DNA from: Dipteris shenzhenensis
Taxonomy: Eukaryota
DNA length: 64,000 nucleotides
NCBI GenBank assembly: GCA_047967505.1
Contig: CM106538.1
Reading direction: 5' to 3' (one strand)
The translations under genes and the position numbers were made by a program. Below, one piece after another: positions 12,984 through 25,894 of the stretch (position 1 is the stretch's first letter; every line of letters begins with the position of its first letter). The notes beneath the pieces are model-generated. The model worked only from the letters and a program-made list of their open reading frames with translations. It was not told where the DNA came from and ran no database searches.

Positions 12984-15900
12984 TCACACCCCTTTAATGG
13001 GAATGTCCTTCCTCTGCATCAAACCAAGAGCTAGTCGGTGTTTCTCGAATAGCTCTTTACCGAGTGGTTTGGTAAAGATGTCTACAACATTTTCTTTGCT
13101 ATCACAATGCTGCAGTGTGATGTCACCAAGTAACACTCTTTCTCTGATGAAGTGCTCTCTGACATCAATGTGCTTTGTTCTGGAGTGATATACTGGATTT
13201 TTGGCCAATGCTTGAGCCGATTGATTATCACAGTATATTGTTGTTGGCTTTGACTCATCAAAATAATCTATTTCTGACAATAGTCTTCTGAGCCATATAG
13301 CTTCACATGCACCTGTAGTGAGTGCCCTATATTCTGCTTCAGTCGAAGACAAAGAAACAGTTGGCTGTTTGTTTGACAACCATGATATAGCACCTCGACC
13401 AAGGAAAAATGCATATCCCTGTGTCGATCTCCTGGTCTCATGATCTCCAGCATAGTCACTGTCACAGTATCCATGCAACCGTGGATGACTCCCTCTGTAT
13501 TCTATCCCAAATTGTCTTGTACCTCTGATGTATCTCAAGACTCTTTTGGCTGCATTCCAGTGAGACTGTTTTGGATTTGCCATAAACTGTGCTAGTGAGC
13601 TTACTGCATAACAAATATCTGGCCGTGTGATTGTCAGATATATAAGAGATCCAATGAGTTGCCTGTAGTATATGTCATTGATTGTAGGCTTTTCTGAATC
13701 TTTAGTAAGTTTCAAACTTTGTTCCATGGGAGTGGCTGCAATCTTGCAATCTGCCATATGAAACTTCTTCAGGAGACTGTCAACATACTTGAGCTGACTC
13801 ATGAATGTGCTATCTGAATCTCTCCAGAACTCAATTCCAAGACAATAGTGCATAAGTCCAAGATCTTTCATGTCGAACTCTGCAGATAAGTCTTGTTTTA
13901 GTTTTCTGATGAAGCTATCCTTGCTTCCTGTCACAATCAGATCATCTACGTACAAAAGTGCAATAGTAATATCTTCCCCTTGAACTTTGTAGTAGAGAGT
14001 ATGATCTGCATTGGACTTCATGTATCCCAGATCAGCAAAATACTTGTCAATTCTGCTGTACCAACTTCTGGGTGCTTGTTTTAAGCCGTAGAGACTTTTC
14101 TTGAGATGGCAAACCTTGTTCTCTTTTCCTGGTTCAACATAACCGGCTAGTTGTTGCATGTAGACTTCCTCGTCTAGATAACCATTGAGAAATGCATTCT
14201 TGACATCGAGCTGATACACATTCCATTTACTGAGTGTCGCTAGTGATATCAAGAACCGGAATCCATCTTTGCTACTGGAGCATAAGTCTCATCATAATCT
14301 TGGCCATATTGTTGTGCAAATCCTTTTGCAACTAATCTGGCTTTGTATCTCTGAATACTGCCATCTGGATTGTACTTCACTTTGTATACCCATTTGTTGG
14401 CTATGGCCTTCTTTCCTAGTGGAAGGTCGCATAATTCCCAAGTGTTATTTTTATACAAAGCATCCATTTCTTCATTCATAGCAGTTTGCCATTCTGGCTT
14501 ATCTACTGCGTCTTCGAAGTACACTGGCTCTTCTGTAGCCATGATGGTAGTCATAAGAGCATAGTTGGTGGTTTCCACCTGAATTGCTTTGCCTTTCTGA
14601 GCATATGTCAATCTGGCTGGTGGTCTGCTTTCCCTAGTAGACCGTCTGAGCTGCTATGGCACTGCTTGGGGTGTTGCTGGCAATTCTTGCTCTTCTTCAT
14701 CAACCTGTTCTATAGATGACTGTGAAGTCGATGCTTCTATCTCCTGTGTAGGTGAGGTTTTCCATTATGATTTCTCATCGAAGATTACATCTCTGGAGAT
14801 AATGACTTTGCGGTTGATGGGATCATACAATTTGTATGCTTTACTTTCTTCACTGTAGCCAACCATGATGCATTTGCGTGACTTCGCATCCAATTTCCTG
14901 CGATGATCATCATGTATGTGGGCATATGCTATGCAACCAAATATGCGGAGATGCCCAATGCGTGGCTTGTGTCCAGTGAATGCTTCATAAGGAGTCATAC
15001 CTTGTATTGGTTCGGTAGGAAGCCGATTAAGCAAGTAGTTAGCTGTAGCTATTGCTTCTGCCCAATACTGATTCGGAAGATGCTTTTCACTAAGCATTGC
15101 TCTAGCACTATCTGCTAAAGTCCCATTTTTCCTTCAGCTCTTGCATTCTGCTGAGGAGTATCTGCACATGTGAATTGTCTTCGAATGCCGTGAACTTTGC
15201 AAAAGTTCATGAAGGCTGAAGACATGTATTCCCCTCCTCTGTCTAATCTCATGACCTTGATCTTTCTGCCTGTTTGGTTTTCTACCATGGCTTTGAATTC
15301 TTGAAATCTGGCAAACACTTCAGATTTCTCTTTCAGAAAGTAGACCCAACAATATCTGCTGTAGTCGTGGATGAAGGTCAAGTAATAAAGTGAACCATTG
15401 ATGCTGCGGGTGGGCATAACCCCATACATCTGTATGAATCAAATCAAGAATACCTCGTGCATGAGAGGTACTTCTGACAAAGTTGGTTCGCTTTTGTTTG
15501 CCGAAGCAGCATGCTTCACAAACTTTTCCAAGAAAATGTAGCTTCGGAATCCCAATTGCCATATTTTGATTCCTGAGATCTAACAAGTACTTGAAGTTGA
15601 CATGACCATATCTCTTGTGCCATTTTGCAGATAGTGGCATCTGTTGCATTTGAGCTGACATGGCATGCTTATCTGGTACTGTAGCTAGCATCCTGTATAA
15701 GCATCCTTCCTTGACACCTTTTGCTACTAGCTGACCTCTTTTGGATTTGTCTCTGATAGTGCATTCATCACCGTCGAAGATGACTTTGTAGTTGTGTTCC
15801 GTCATTTGACCTACTGACAAAAGGTTCTTGCTGAGCTTCGGAACATAGAGCACATCTTTGACTAATCCTTTTGTACCAATGAAATTGTTCATAGGGATAA

Positions 15901-17236
15901 CACCTGTCCCTTGAACCGGATTCGGTGTATTGTCTGCTGTGTAGATGACATTCTTTTGACCTTCTAATGGCTTCATTTCTGTGAACCATTCCTGATGATT
16001 TGTCATATGAGATGATGCACCGCTGTCGATGTACCAAGGATCCTGTTCCACTTGGTCGACTTGATAACTGAAATCCTCTTTGGGATTGAAATCAGTGTCT
16101 AGGTGCATTGTATCAGTCTGATGCAATTCCTCACTTGCAAGAAACATATTTCCATGTTCATTTGCAAAATGACTGTAACTAGAATGTCCACCACGATGAT
16201 TTCCTCTTCCTCGGGAATTCCCTCGATTACTGCTGGATTGACCGCCTTGGTCATACTGCTTCTTGCGGCAATCTCTTTCATAGTGTCCAAACTTGTGACA
16301 ATAGTTGCATTGAATGTTTGACACATTGGTGGATGCATTCCCTCGTCCTTGGAATCTTCCTCGGTTGGAATGATTTCCTCTTTGCTGATTTTGGTGTTGC
16401 TGAGGATGATGCTGATGCTGATGCTGATTTTGACTTTGTTGATGATGACCACTTTTCTGATATGATCTACCTCTGTTTCTGCCTTTGCCTCTGCTTCTGT
16501 CTGAAGCTGTGAATGCCTGATCATTAGAATAACCTTTACGTGCTTGAATGGCCTGAGTCCTGAGTTCTTCACCAAGTAGAACTGACTGAAGTTCTTCCAG
16601 TGTTGGAATTTGCCGTTGGATGGCAATACTCTGGACTAGATTCTCATATCCTTCTCCTAGTCCATTTAGGATTACTTGAACCATTTCTGTGGGATTCATA
16701 GTCTCTCTTGCTGCTGCAAGTTGATTGTTGTAGTCTTTGATGCGGAGTACATAAGCATGACCGGTTTCACTGCTATTGCGGAAACTCTGGTTGATCTGGT
16801 TTCTCAGGGTGAGAATCCTGGATGTGTTCTTGGACTCGTAGAGAGCTGCGAACATATCCCATGCTTCTTTTGATGTCTTAACTGTGTTGAGCTGTCCTAG
16901 CATGACATCTTGCACATTCTGCTTGATCAGGTGATAGGCATACTTGTCTTTCTTATCCCATTCTGCTTGAGCTCGGGCAATGGCAGGATCTGCTATTGGT
17001 GTGGAAACTGTTTGTGTAGATGTAGATCCCGATGTAGATCCCGTTGCTAGTGCTGTGACAACAGATGGAGTAGAGCTACTGGTGGCTGGATCGGCCAATG
17101 GTCTAGGTATGGATCCATCGACATACTCCCATTTGTCCTAAAGCACAAGAATGGTCTCCATTCGGTATTTCCATGTACCGTAATTGGAGTTGTCTAACTT
17201 AGCAGATGCCTCCAGATTGAGGTTGCTAGTCGACAT
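12984..17236 (-). pseudogene. Copia gag-pol polyprotein, disrupted
   Basis: ATG at 17236 (MSTSNLNLEASAKLDNSNYGTWK); zinc knuckle CNYCHKFGHYERDC; protease WYIDSGASSHM; GAG-pre-integrase WHKRYGH..CEAC; integrase [14 protein letters not shown]; RNaseH CDSDYAG/EAEY/CDN. Three stops and three frameshifts. Confidence 0.95.
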
Positions 17237-18014
17237 GGTGCAAACAATGTACTCAAAAAAGTGTCCTGAAAAACTCTGTATGAATCAACTGCAAATACAC
17301 TGAAGATGCCAAGTGAAATCTCTGTATTGTCGGTGAAGATAGAACCGCTGTATAAGATCTGATCTGTGTTACAAGGCTTGTGGCAATGATGCCGGGAATA
17401 GCCAAGAGGCTTTACAAGGCTGAAAAATGATGTGCACGATGCCGTGAGATAGCCAAATAGGCTTTACAATGGTGGCATGTGTGTGTGAAATCAAGTGCTA
17501 TCTGCCCACTGAATCAATCTGCAATGCCTCTGAACTCTGAAGTCTGCTCACTGAACTGATGAACGTAAGGTTTCAGGTAATGTAATGATGTGAAATCGGA
17601 TGTGAGCGTATGGGCTAACTCCGAGTAGGTACTAGTCGGGAATTTCGGGCATGGCTTAGATTGGCAACTTGGGGAATTCAAAGCGTCCCCTCTATGGCGA
17701 TCTAGTCTACTCTGATCTAGATCTAAGCCAACCGTCGATCGATGAAAGAGCAGCAAATAATTCCTTTTCCTTTGTTCTTTTTAAGTGCTGGGTCAGATGC
17801 GTCGATGTAGAGGCAAATGTGCGTGAAGGAAGTGGTTTTGTCGGCGAGGCTCAAATGTGAGTGTAACTTGCGCTGAAATGTGCGCATGATGTAACGAGCG
17901 CGTAGAGCATGAAAAATGGAGCGACTTTCCTTTTTGGAGCACCCTCAAATTCTTCCTGGATCAAGAGATACGACTTGATCTAGGTGGAGGGGCAAAAGGA
18001 GTGCAAATGGTGCT

Positions 18015-18640
18015 CAATGATGATGTGTCACTGTGAGTCACATGCAGTGATGATGTGGCACTGTGCTTAGCAAGAGGTGTGCCACTGAAGCTCTGTGCTG
18101 AGGTGGCAGGAGTGTGCACATGCAGTGTGTGCACAGTGTGCCTGGCAAGGGACTGTGCCTGCAGGGGTCAGTGCTGACTGGACTGCTGAGGTGGCAGTGC
18201 TGAGGTGGCATTGATGACGTGGCCTGATGACATGGCACTGATGACGTGGCACAGGTGATGTGGCACTGATGACATGGCATTGATGATGTGGCATAGGTGA
18301 CGTGGCATTGATGACATGGCATAGATGACGTGGCACAGGTGACGTGACACTGATGATGTGGCACTGATGATGTGGCACTGATGACGTGGCCTGATGATGT
18401 GGCCTGATGATGTGGTAAGTGATGTGGCAGTCGATGGTGACGTGGCAGTCGGTGGTGACGTGGCAGTCGGTGATGACGTGGCAGTTGGTGATGATGTGGC
18501 AGTGAGGATAGGCTGATGACGTGGCAATGGTGACGTGGCAGAGGATAAGATAGCTACACGTGGCACATCCGGGTGCCTGATGACATGGCAATTGGAGGTA
18601 AGGTTGCCACGTGGCAAAACGCTATCTGCCATGTGTCGAA
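18015..18640. promoter_or_regulatory. Tandem array of (ga)tgacgtggca / gatgatgtggca units, rich in ABRE/G-box cores
   Basis: About a dozen ACGTGGC motifs plus ATGTGGC variants in roughly 12-18-bp units within the copy B leader. Confidence 0.75.
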
Positions 18641-18736
18641 ACGCGAGGCACCGGAATCTACCCAAGATTCTAACAGAATCTTGGAGATTCCGTCGTCTTC
18701 TCCGCTGATTCCGTTGACTAGGCGTCGTTGGAGTCA

Positions 18737-19460
18737 ATGGCCGATTCCGTTGATTCTGTTGACAGTGTGGCTAGGCGTCGTTGGAGGAGCTACGAGCGTT
18801 GCGGAGCTGCAGACCATTTCTCCGCATGGCTTCAGAACTTCTTCTTCGCAACGAACTGGTTGGGCGTGCCTTCAAGTTCGCGGGGGCAGCGGTGTTGGTT
18901 ATTCCATGGAGTCCAGAGTTTAGCATCGACAAGTTCCTCTTACCTGCGAAGAGTTTGGATCCTATGGGATAGGAGCCAAGAAACTCCGGACTACATCCGC
19001 ATCGAACTCTCTGGGGGAGCCCTGTTTGCCCAACAAGTCCGATTTGGAGCATTCCCGGACGCTTGCCTCCAAGGATCCGCCCCAACGGCCATCATCGCAG
19101 TAGAAGAGTGCCGCGACTCCTCGAAGCTCTGGGTAGTTCGATGAGAGGGCAGGCTTGCAGGAACCAGACCTTTGGAAAGTGGTGGGGCGCAAAGGAAACG
19201 CAAAGATTGCCCAGCCCAGTGAGCTCGCCTCCCCGGCAATCCCCCCGATTTCAGCCCCCGAATCTATGGATACCACCAGAATACAAGCCTCTACCCATAC
19301 CAAGACGCAAGGGGGCAAAACTCGCCCTCCCCTTCAAGAGATGCCGGCAGCGACGCAGATCCATAACCAGGCCGATCCGATACAGATTGAGGAGAACATG
19401 CCAGATGCCAACAACAAGAAGCGCGCCTTGGAAGAGTCGGTTTCGGAGGCGGGCTGTTGA
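18737..19460 (+). pseudogene. Antisense ORF remnant in the copia leader, LINE ORF1/DUF4283-like (tentative)
   Basis: Frameshifted pieces RAFKFAGAAVLVIPWSPEFSIDKFLLPAK / RVWILWD resemble the W.P.F...VWV segment of plant LINE ORF1; GC-rich. Confidence 0.4.
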
Positions 19461-20097
19461 AGCCGTTGAAGGAGCGTCGCTTGCTTCGTAGCCTTGCTTG
19501 CTTGGCTCTAAGCTAGCTCGTGAGGACTCGTTGAGAGGCGTTGAAGGAGCGCTGCTGGCTATGGAGCTCGTCGTGGAGCTTTGGTGAAGCTAGGAGCCTA
19601 CTTGGAGAAGCTTGCTGTGCCGGGCGTTGTGAGCAGGGAGTTGTTTCTCTGCTGTTCTGCGAGATGCTGCGAGTCGTTGTGCATGCGCGTTGCCTTGCTT
19701 TGTAGCTGACTTGAAGGAGCTCGTAATGACGGAGCTCTCACAAAGATCTATTTCCCTAAGTTCTCTCAGGAACAAAAGACTCTCTTGAATTCTTATGAGC
19801 ATCTCTATAAACCAAACATCTCACAATGGAACTTTCTCTCAAAGGATCTCTCTCTCACACACAATGAAATCTCTCAAAGAACTCACTAAGTCTCTCGAAG
19901 AAGATCACTCTCTCACAGAAGAAGGATTAGAAACTCAAAGAGAATACCTCTCATGGACGGAAATTTCTCTCAAATGGACGGAAATTTCTCTCAACGGAAG
20001 TGAAGGGAAGGATCTCACAATCACTCAGGAGAACTCTCAATCTCACAATCTCTCTCACACTCTCAAGAATCTCAATGTCTCAACGGAAGACAAGGGA

Positions 20098-20109
20098 GCT
20101 CTGATACCA
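20098..20109 (-). other. Primer-binding site, initiator tRNA-Met
   Basis: tggtatcagagc on the minus strand, immediately after the 5' LTR. Confidence 0.95.
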
Positions 20110-20366
20110 TGACAAAATATGAAGAGGGGAGAGGAGAAGAGTGGAGATGAGGAGAGAGGGCACAGCTAGAGAGCACACCACAAATGACTAACTGTACACT
20201 AGAATTAGTTGAAAAAATAGAATATATACAAACCCTTTTAGGGTTAGGGTTAGGGGATCTAACCCTTTCCTTTATAGCACTCTATAAGGTTAGTGCTATG
20301 CACATATGATCACGTGATGGTGCTATGCACACATGATCACATGATGTTGAGCGTGAACTCTCAACA
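20110..20366 (-). repeat. 5' LTR of copy B
   Basis: Identical to 12639-12895; followed by TSD aaggc. Confidence 0.98.
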
Positions 20367-21546
20367 AAGGCCAACTGTCAAGCGTACGTGCGCCATTGGG
20401 ATGGAGCCAAGATGCTTGGAGAAGCGTGCATTGAATTTTGCACATGTTTACTTGAAGGACCTGAAGAAGCTTTGGCATATTAGGGACACGCTTGATATAT
20501 GCAAGGAATATCATGTTAAAGATATAATGGGATGTGTGCATGTCTTCTTGAGCCGTGGATCCATCAATGAACAAGAGTACGATTACATACATCAGGAGGT
20601 TGAGGACGAGGTTGCAAGTGACCCTCCCACCAACGACAATGAGAGTGGGAGTACATGACAGCAATGCAGAGTAGTAGATAGTTTTTTACAGCAGTGTGCA
20701 ATGTTTCATTGCAACAAATGAATTTATTGTGATGGATATGTTGTGTGGCAACTAATAGAGCCTATGGTTTCCTTTAACACTAATGTGAAACGTGTTCAAA
20801 ATGATTTCCAAATGGCGGTTTTATGTCTATCTTCTAGAAAGTTGAAATCATGAAATGGTTGCAACGCGCTTTTCAAATGCACAAAATCAAGGTTATGTGA
20901 AATGGTGGTTCTAATGTCTACACAACATAAGGTTGAAGTTCGTACGCTCATTGAGGTTTGATCATTTTTGAATTTGACATGCATGCCAGATGTTTATACA
21001 TCTCATGGGAATAGAAAAGCGTGGTGTTTTTAACGTCTACATGGTACTTTTTTGAAGTTGAAATGCCTTTCAATGCAAATAAAATTTTTGGATCTGACAC
21101 ATGCGCCTGCACCTTAAAGTCTAGATGCTTCTCCATGAACAATCGTTTGAGTGTGGTGGCTGTGTTGGTACATTGTACGCTCCGACGCTTGTGTTTTTTT
21201 CCTCCAGATGGTCTTATGGCTATGATTCCCTACTGTGGGAAACTTTTATTTAAGCGAACCTCCAAGTACCCCCACCTTTATTGCAATTGTGATTCTATAG
21301 TGTGGGAAATCTTTATGCTAGCAAACCTCCATCAACACCCACCTTTGCGTGGTGGCTGCGTTGCTACATTGTGCGATTCGATGCTTGTGGTTTTCTTCCT
21401 TGAACATTATTATGGTTGTGATTCCTTAGCATGGGTAACCTTTATTTAAGTGAGCCACCAGGTACACCCACCTTTATTTTGGTTGCAATTTTGAAGCGTG
21501 GGAAAGCTTTATGCTAGTGAACCTCCAGGTACAATACAGGGGAAGT

Positions 21547-21551
<5 letters not shown>

Positions 21552-21578
<27 letters not shown>
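21552..21578. repeat. (AG)n microsatellite
   Basis: Run of ag dinucleotides. Confidence 0.9.
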
Positions 21579-21582
<4 letters not shown>

Positions 21583-21849
21583 GTGTGCGTTGTTTTTGTG
21601 ATGACACTTCTCATAGGATGAAGCCACGTCTCAACCAACTTTAGAGGTCTCAAGGACTTGGATGCTATGTGCAAAAAATCTCTCCTTGTTTGGAATATGG
21701 CGTCCCCAACAACAGCTCCGGCGTCAAGGGTTCATCAGCGCAAAGGTAAGCGGTGTATTCAAGATGTTTTTGGAATTCAAAAACCAACAGAGATTGTCTT
21801 GGAACATGACAATCAACCTCCATGAGAGCCATCCCTCATCACTCTTGTT

Positions 21850-24410
21850 GGCCATGCCTTTTTGTGCAAAACCCTCTAGATGGTCCTTTTGATTGGTGAT
21901 AGCCTTCAGTGGCTACCTTTGTTGGATCCACGTGCACAAGGCATGTCAAGACGGGCGCATGTCCTATATGTGAGGGTTGAAGACTTCATATGGGAGAAAG
22001 TAGGGGGAACGCCTTCCCTACGGCATTTAAGATAGTGTCTCATCACAAGAGGGCCCTTGGTAGCATGACAAAGCCCAATGAATGGAGTTGGACAAAAGAA
22101 ACCACGTAATGATTTCCAAAACCTCAGTCCTTGAGTATGTCATGTATCTATTGTGTGTATTTACCTTTATGTGAATCTCGAGACTATTTTGCAGGTACTG
22201 GTGTAGCTTTGGTCCTGATGACCTTCGAGAATGTCAATCTCAAAATATTACGGCTTCTGTGAACCCTCCTAAGATAAAAAAGGGTAGTAGGCTGCGGAAG
22301 CAAAAAGGCACCCACTGCCATGGCTGCACTTGCCATTTTTCTATTTGCCAGCTCTATCTATTTCAAGATGTGGCATCAATTACATATTTTCAAATGGAGC
22401 ATGTGGACAAAACTGGACACATATCCCATGGGTTGGATTACTTACAAGTCACGACAGTGTATCAAGGACTGATGTGTCATTTGCTCCATGGCTTTCACGG
22501 TGAATGAAGTCATGGGTTCTCACGATGCTAGCGAGGTGTGGGATCAACACATCAAAGACTTCTAGAAGCATCTAGAAGGGAACCCAAGTGCATTGGTCCA
22601 ACGTGATGATTTCTTGATGATTTGAGACATACTCAACATTGCAAAGAAGCTAGACTCGACTACTTTCCAGCACCACGATGACAATTCCATTAGTATGAGG
22701 ATTTGGGCCGTGACTAACTCAGATCACATGTTCATCTATAGTGAGCAGGATATTCCAAAATAAAGGCCGTTCATCTTGGGCATCCAGACAGCTTGGCAAT
22801 TGGATATGTTGAACACATATGGCAATGGTGGCCTAATCGCAATGGATGCAACATTAGAAACTAATCGATACAAGGTATCTGTGTACAATTTGACGTGTGT
22901 TTCTTCTCGAATGATTACTCTAGAAGTAGATCTATGTCTTATCCAAGCTCCATCCTCGACTGTAGTTCCATCTATACACCATGATGGTATTCGATAAGCA
23001 TCGAAACAGGGTTCCTATTGCATGGGTGATCACCTCCTTGGCTACGAAGGTAGATATTCAAACTTGGATTATGGCTTTCCGTGACCGCATCCTTGACCAC
23101 AACAAGTCATGGGAGCCCAATGCGTTCATCATCGATGATGGCCTTGCTGAGGTGGATGCTCTACAGTACATATGCTTGCATGTGCATGAAGGGTCTTAAG
23201 TGTAGTTCATAATGTCCTAACACCCGTTTTAGTGTAGGCTTGTCTTTGGTGTGGACATATATCTTTGCCTATGGCATGTGCGGCATTCATGGCTTAAGAA
23301 CTTGGTTAGGAAGGTGCATGATTGACCCACTCGAGCAGCCATGTTCAAGAGCCTTGGAGCCATAATGAACATGCATGGTTTGCTTGGGCAACCCGCGAAG
23401 ACCAAGAGGACCATGCAAAGGATTTTGTGTCAAGTTTCATGCTGGAGTTCGCACACCAGGCAGACTTTATATCGTACTTTAGGTGGGGTAACCAGTTCAT
23501 CGAGCAAAGGAAATCCTAGACGAGTATGTCACGTTCCTCGAAGGAGAGCACCTCATAGCTACTGTTCAAAGCATATCAAGCATCGGAGAAAGATATACCA
23601 TGTACAATGCCGATTGCAAGTGGGCTTGCTATGATTGTGACTGGTCTTGGGGCTTGCTGTGATTGTGACTGGTCTTGCAAAGGAAATTTTTACAAGCACT
23701 AGGCTAAGGTACTGATCCTATATGGCTTTCCCTTGGAGACCATGGTAGTTGGGGCCCTACGCATGCACGGTGGGAATTTCATGGAATTCAAAAGCCAAGG
23801 TTTGTGAAGTATTGTTGCTTTGTGTTTTACATAGACAACTCATTAATAATTTTCTTGATAGCATGGGTTCCAATCTTACACAGATGATCTAGAGGTTTTA
23901 GGAGAACAATCATTTGAGGGACTACACGAGGATGCCTCTCATGTAGTGAAAAAGGTTGGGAGCATTTCAGATACCACTAATCTTGGCACAATCGCGATGG
24001 TGGAGAGACTTCGTCATGACCTTAGGGGTTGCATGTCCGTGATGGAAAACATAGCAGGTACAAATGCATGTCTTTGTCATGTCCTTGACTTGTATGGCAA
24101 AGGTGGGTGGGCTAATTGAGGGTTATTGTTGGCCATGCTGCAGGGGGGAATGAGTTCCTTCTATCTCAAGGTATAGCTATGATGACGCGAGCTGGGATAG
24201 ACCTTCAAGGATGGAGGACCAAACTCTTCACCCTTTCACCGCACTCCAAGCTATCGATGATGATTTTCGGAGCTTGATCCAGAGGGCAAGGCCTTTTATA
24301 GAGAAACACAGGCACCAATCTAAGACCTCAACTCCCACTGGGGCAACCAAGTCTTATCCATCTCTTGTGGCTATTGGAAAGGTGAGACACAACAAGAAGA
24401 GTATGTAGGA
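21850..24410 (+). pseudogene. MULE-transposase / SWIM zinc-finger family pseudogene with introns
   Basis: Fragments VQNP, RVEDFI, YWCSFGPDD, GCTCHFSI, PFILGIQTAWQLDML..YGNGGLIAMDAT..TNRYK, MVFDKHRNRVPIAWVITS, NAFIIDD, LCLWHVRHSWLKN and SWIM-like CDCDWSCKGNFYKH; stops and frameshifts throughout. Confidence 0.85.
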
Positions 24411-24659
24411 ATACCTAAACGATAAGTCAATGGGTGACCACTGCACTAATACTTGACCGGGAATGTTTGAGCATACTTAATGGTGTTCAAACAAAAAACA
24501 TTGTTCAGAGACATGCTTAAGTGTATATGTCATTGCTCTAGAGTCTATATGCTTATCTCGTCGCTTTTATGTTTATGTGTGGTGTGGCTGATTTTATATT
24601 AACACTGATGTTGCATTCGAGTTTGCAATCATACTATCCCATGGTGGGAGCAATGTTTA

Positions 24660-25625
24660 CATGACCATATTTTTATATGTTCATATGTTCATACATTTAT
24701 ATGCCCATATATCTATACCTTTATATGCCCATATGTCTATATGCTATATGTTTAAGCGTTTATATGTTTAATGTTTATATGCTTATATGTTTATGTTTAT
24801 ATGTTTGTGTGTTCAAGGTTTATATCTTATACGCTATATGTTGCATGTTGTATGCTATATGCAACTATATGTTTAGATGGCATATGTTCATATGTTTACA
24901 TGTCTAGATGCCATAACTTAATTATATGTTATATATTTTCAATGTCTATATGTTACACATGTCCATGTGTTCATATGTGTATATGTTTATATGTTTAGAT
25001 GCTATATGTTTAAGTGTTTATATGTTATATGCTTATGTTTATGTGTTTATATGTTCATATGCCATAAGTTTATATACTATATGGTTAAATGTTCATATGG
25101 TATATGGTATATGTTCCATATTTTATGCTTATATGTTTATATGTTATATGTTATATGCGTATATATTAACACGCTATATGCTTATATGTTATATGTTTAT
25201 ACGCTCAATTGTTATATGTTTATATGCAGCCATATGTTTATGTTTATGTGTTTATATGTTATATGTTTATATGCTTATATGTTTATATGCCATATGTTTA
25301 TGTTTATGAGTTAATATGTTCATATGCCATAAGTTTGTACACTATATGTTTAAATGTTCATATGGTATATGGTATATGTTATATGTTTTATTCTTATATG
25401 TCTACATGCCATATGCTTATATGCTTGTAAGTTTATATGTTTACATGCCATGTGTTTACGCTTATATGTTTAAATGTTTATAGGTTTACGCTTATAGGTT
25501 TAAATGTTATATGTTATATGCTATTTACTATATGTTGAAACGTTATATCCTATATGCTTATATGTTATGTGCTTAAATGTTTATATGTTATATGTTTAGA
25601 TGCCATACGCATATGTTTATATGTA
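24660..25625. repeat. AT-rich degenerate (TATG/TATATGTT)n low-complexity array
   Basis: Dense tatatgttta repeats with an internal duplication (about 25000-25130 vs 25255-25395). Confidence 0.9.
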
Positions 25626-25894
25626 ATTTGTCGTCAAAATTTTGGTGATCATCTAAGTATCATTATTGATAATTTTGGTCATGTGATAGATTGTATTCCT
25701 TGTTTGTTTTTAGTTTAAACAACAAAATACAACACTACTATTGTAAATTTTTCTCTATAAACACTATAATCATTTTATTCATCATAAAAAAAGATAAAAT
25801 CAATTGTCAAACCATGAAGGCTAAACAAATTTTCAGTAAACAAATGAGCAAGATGTAGAACTAAGATTTCCTCCTTCATAGGAATGAACCTAGA

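Larger units (their letters stand above)
12639..20366 (-). mobile_element. Structurally complete Ty1/copia LTR retrotransposon (copy B)
   Basis: Identical 257-bp LTRs with TG..CA ends; 5-bp TSD AAGGC at 12634-12638 and 20367-20371; PBS tggtatcagagc at 20098-20109; PPT at 12896-12909; copia domain order. Confidence 0.98.

Noticed and set aside
18038-18737. His/Cys- and Ser/Thr-rich ORFs (MPHHQCHVT..., TATSSP...)
   Set aside because: Translations of the tgacgtggca tandem array; open in several frames because of repeat composition.
24677-25430. Tyr/Met/Cys/Ile-rich ORFs
   Set aside because: Artefacts of the TATG low-complexity repeat.
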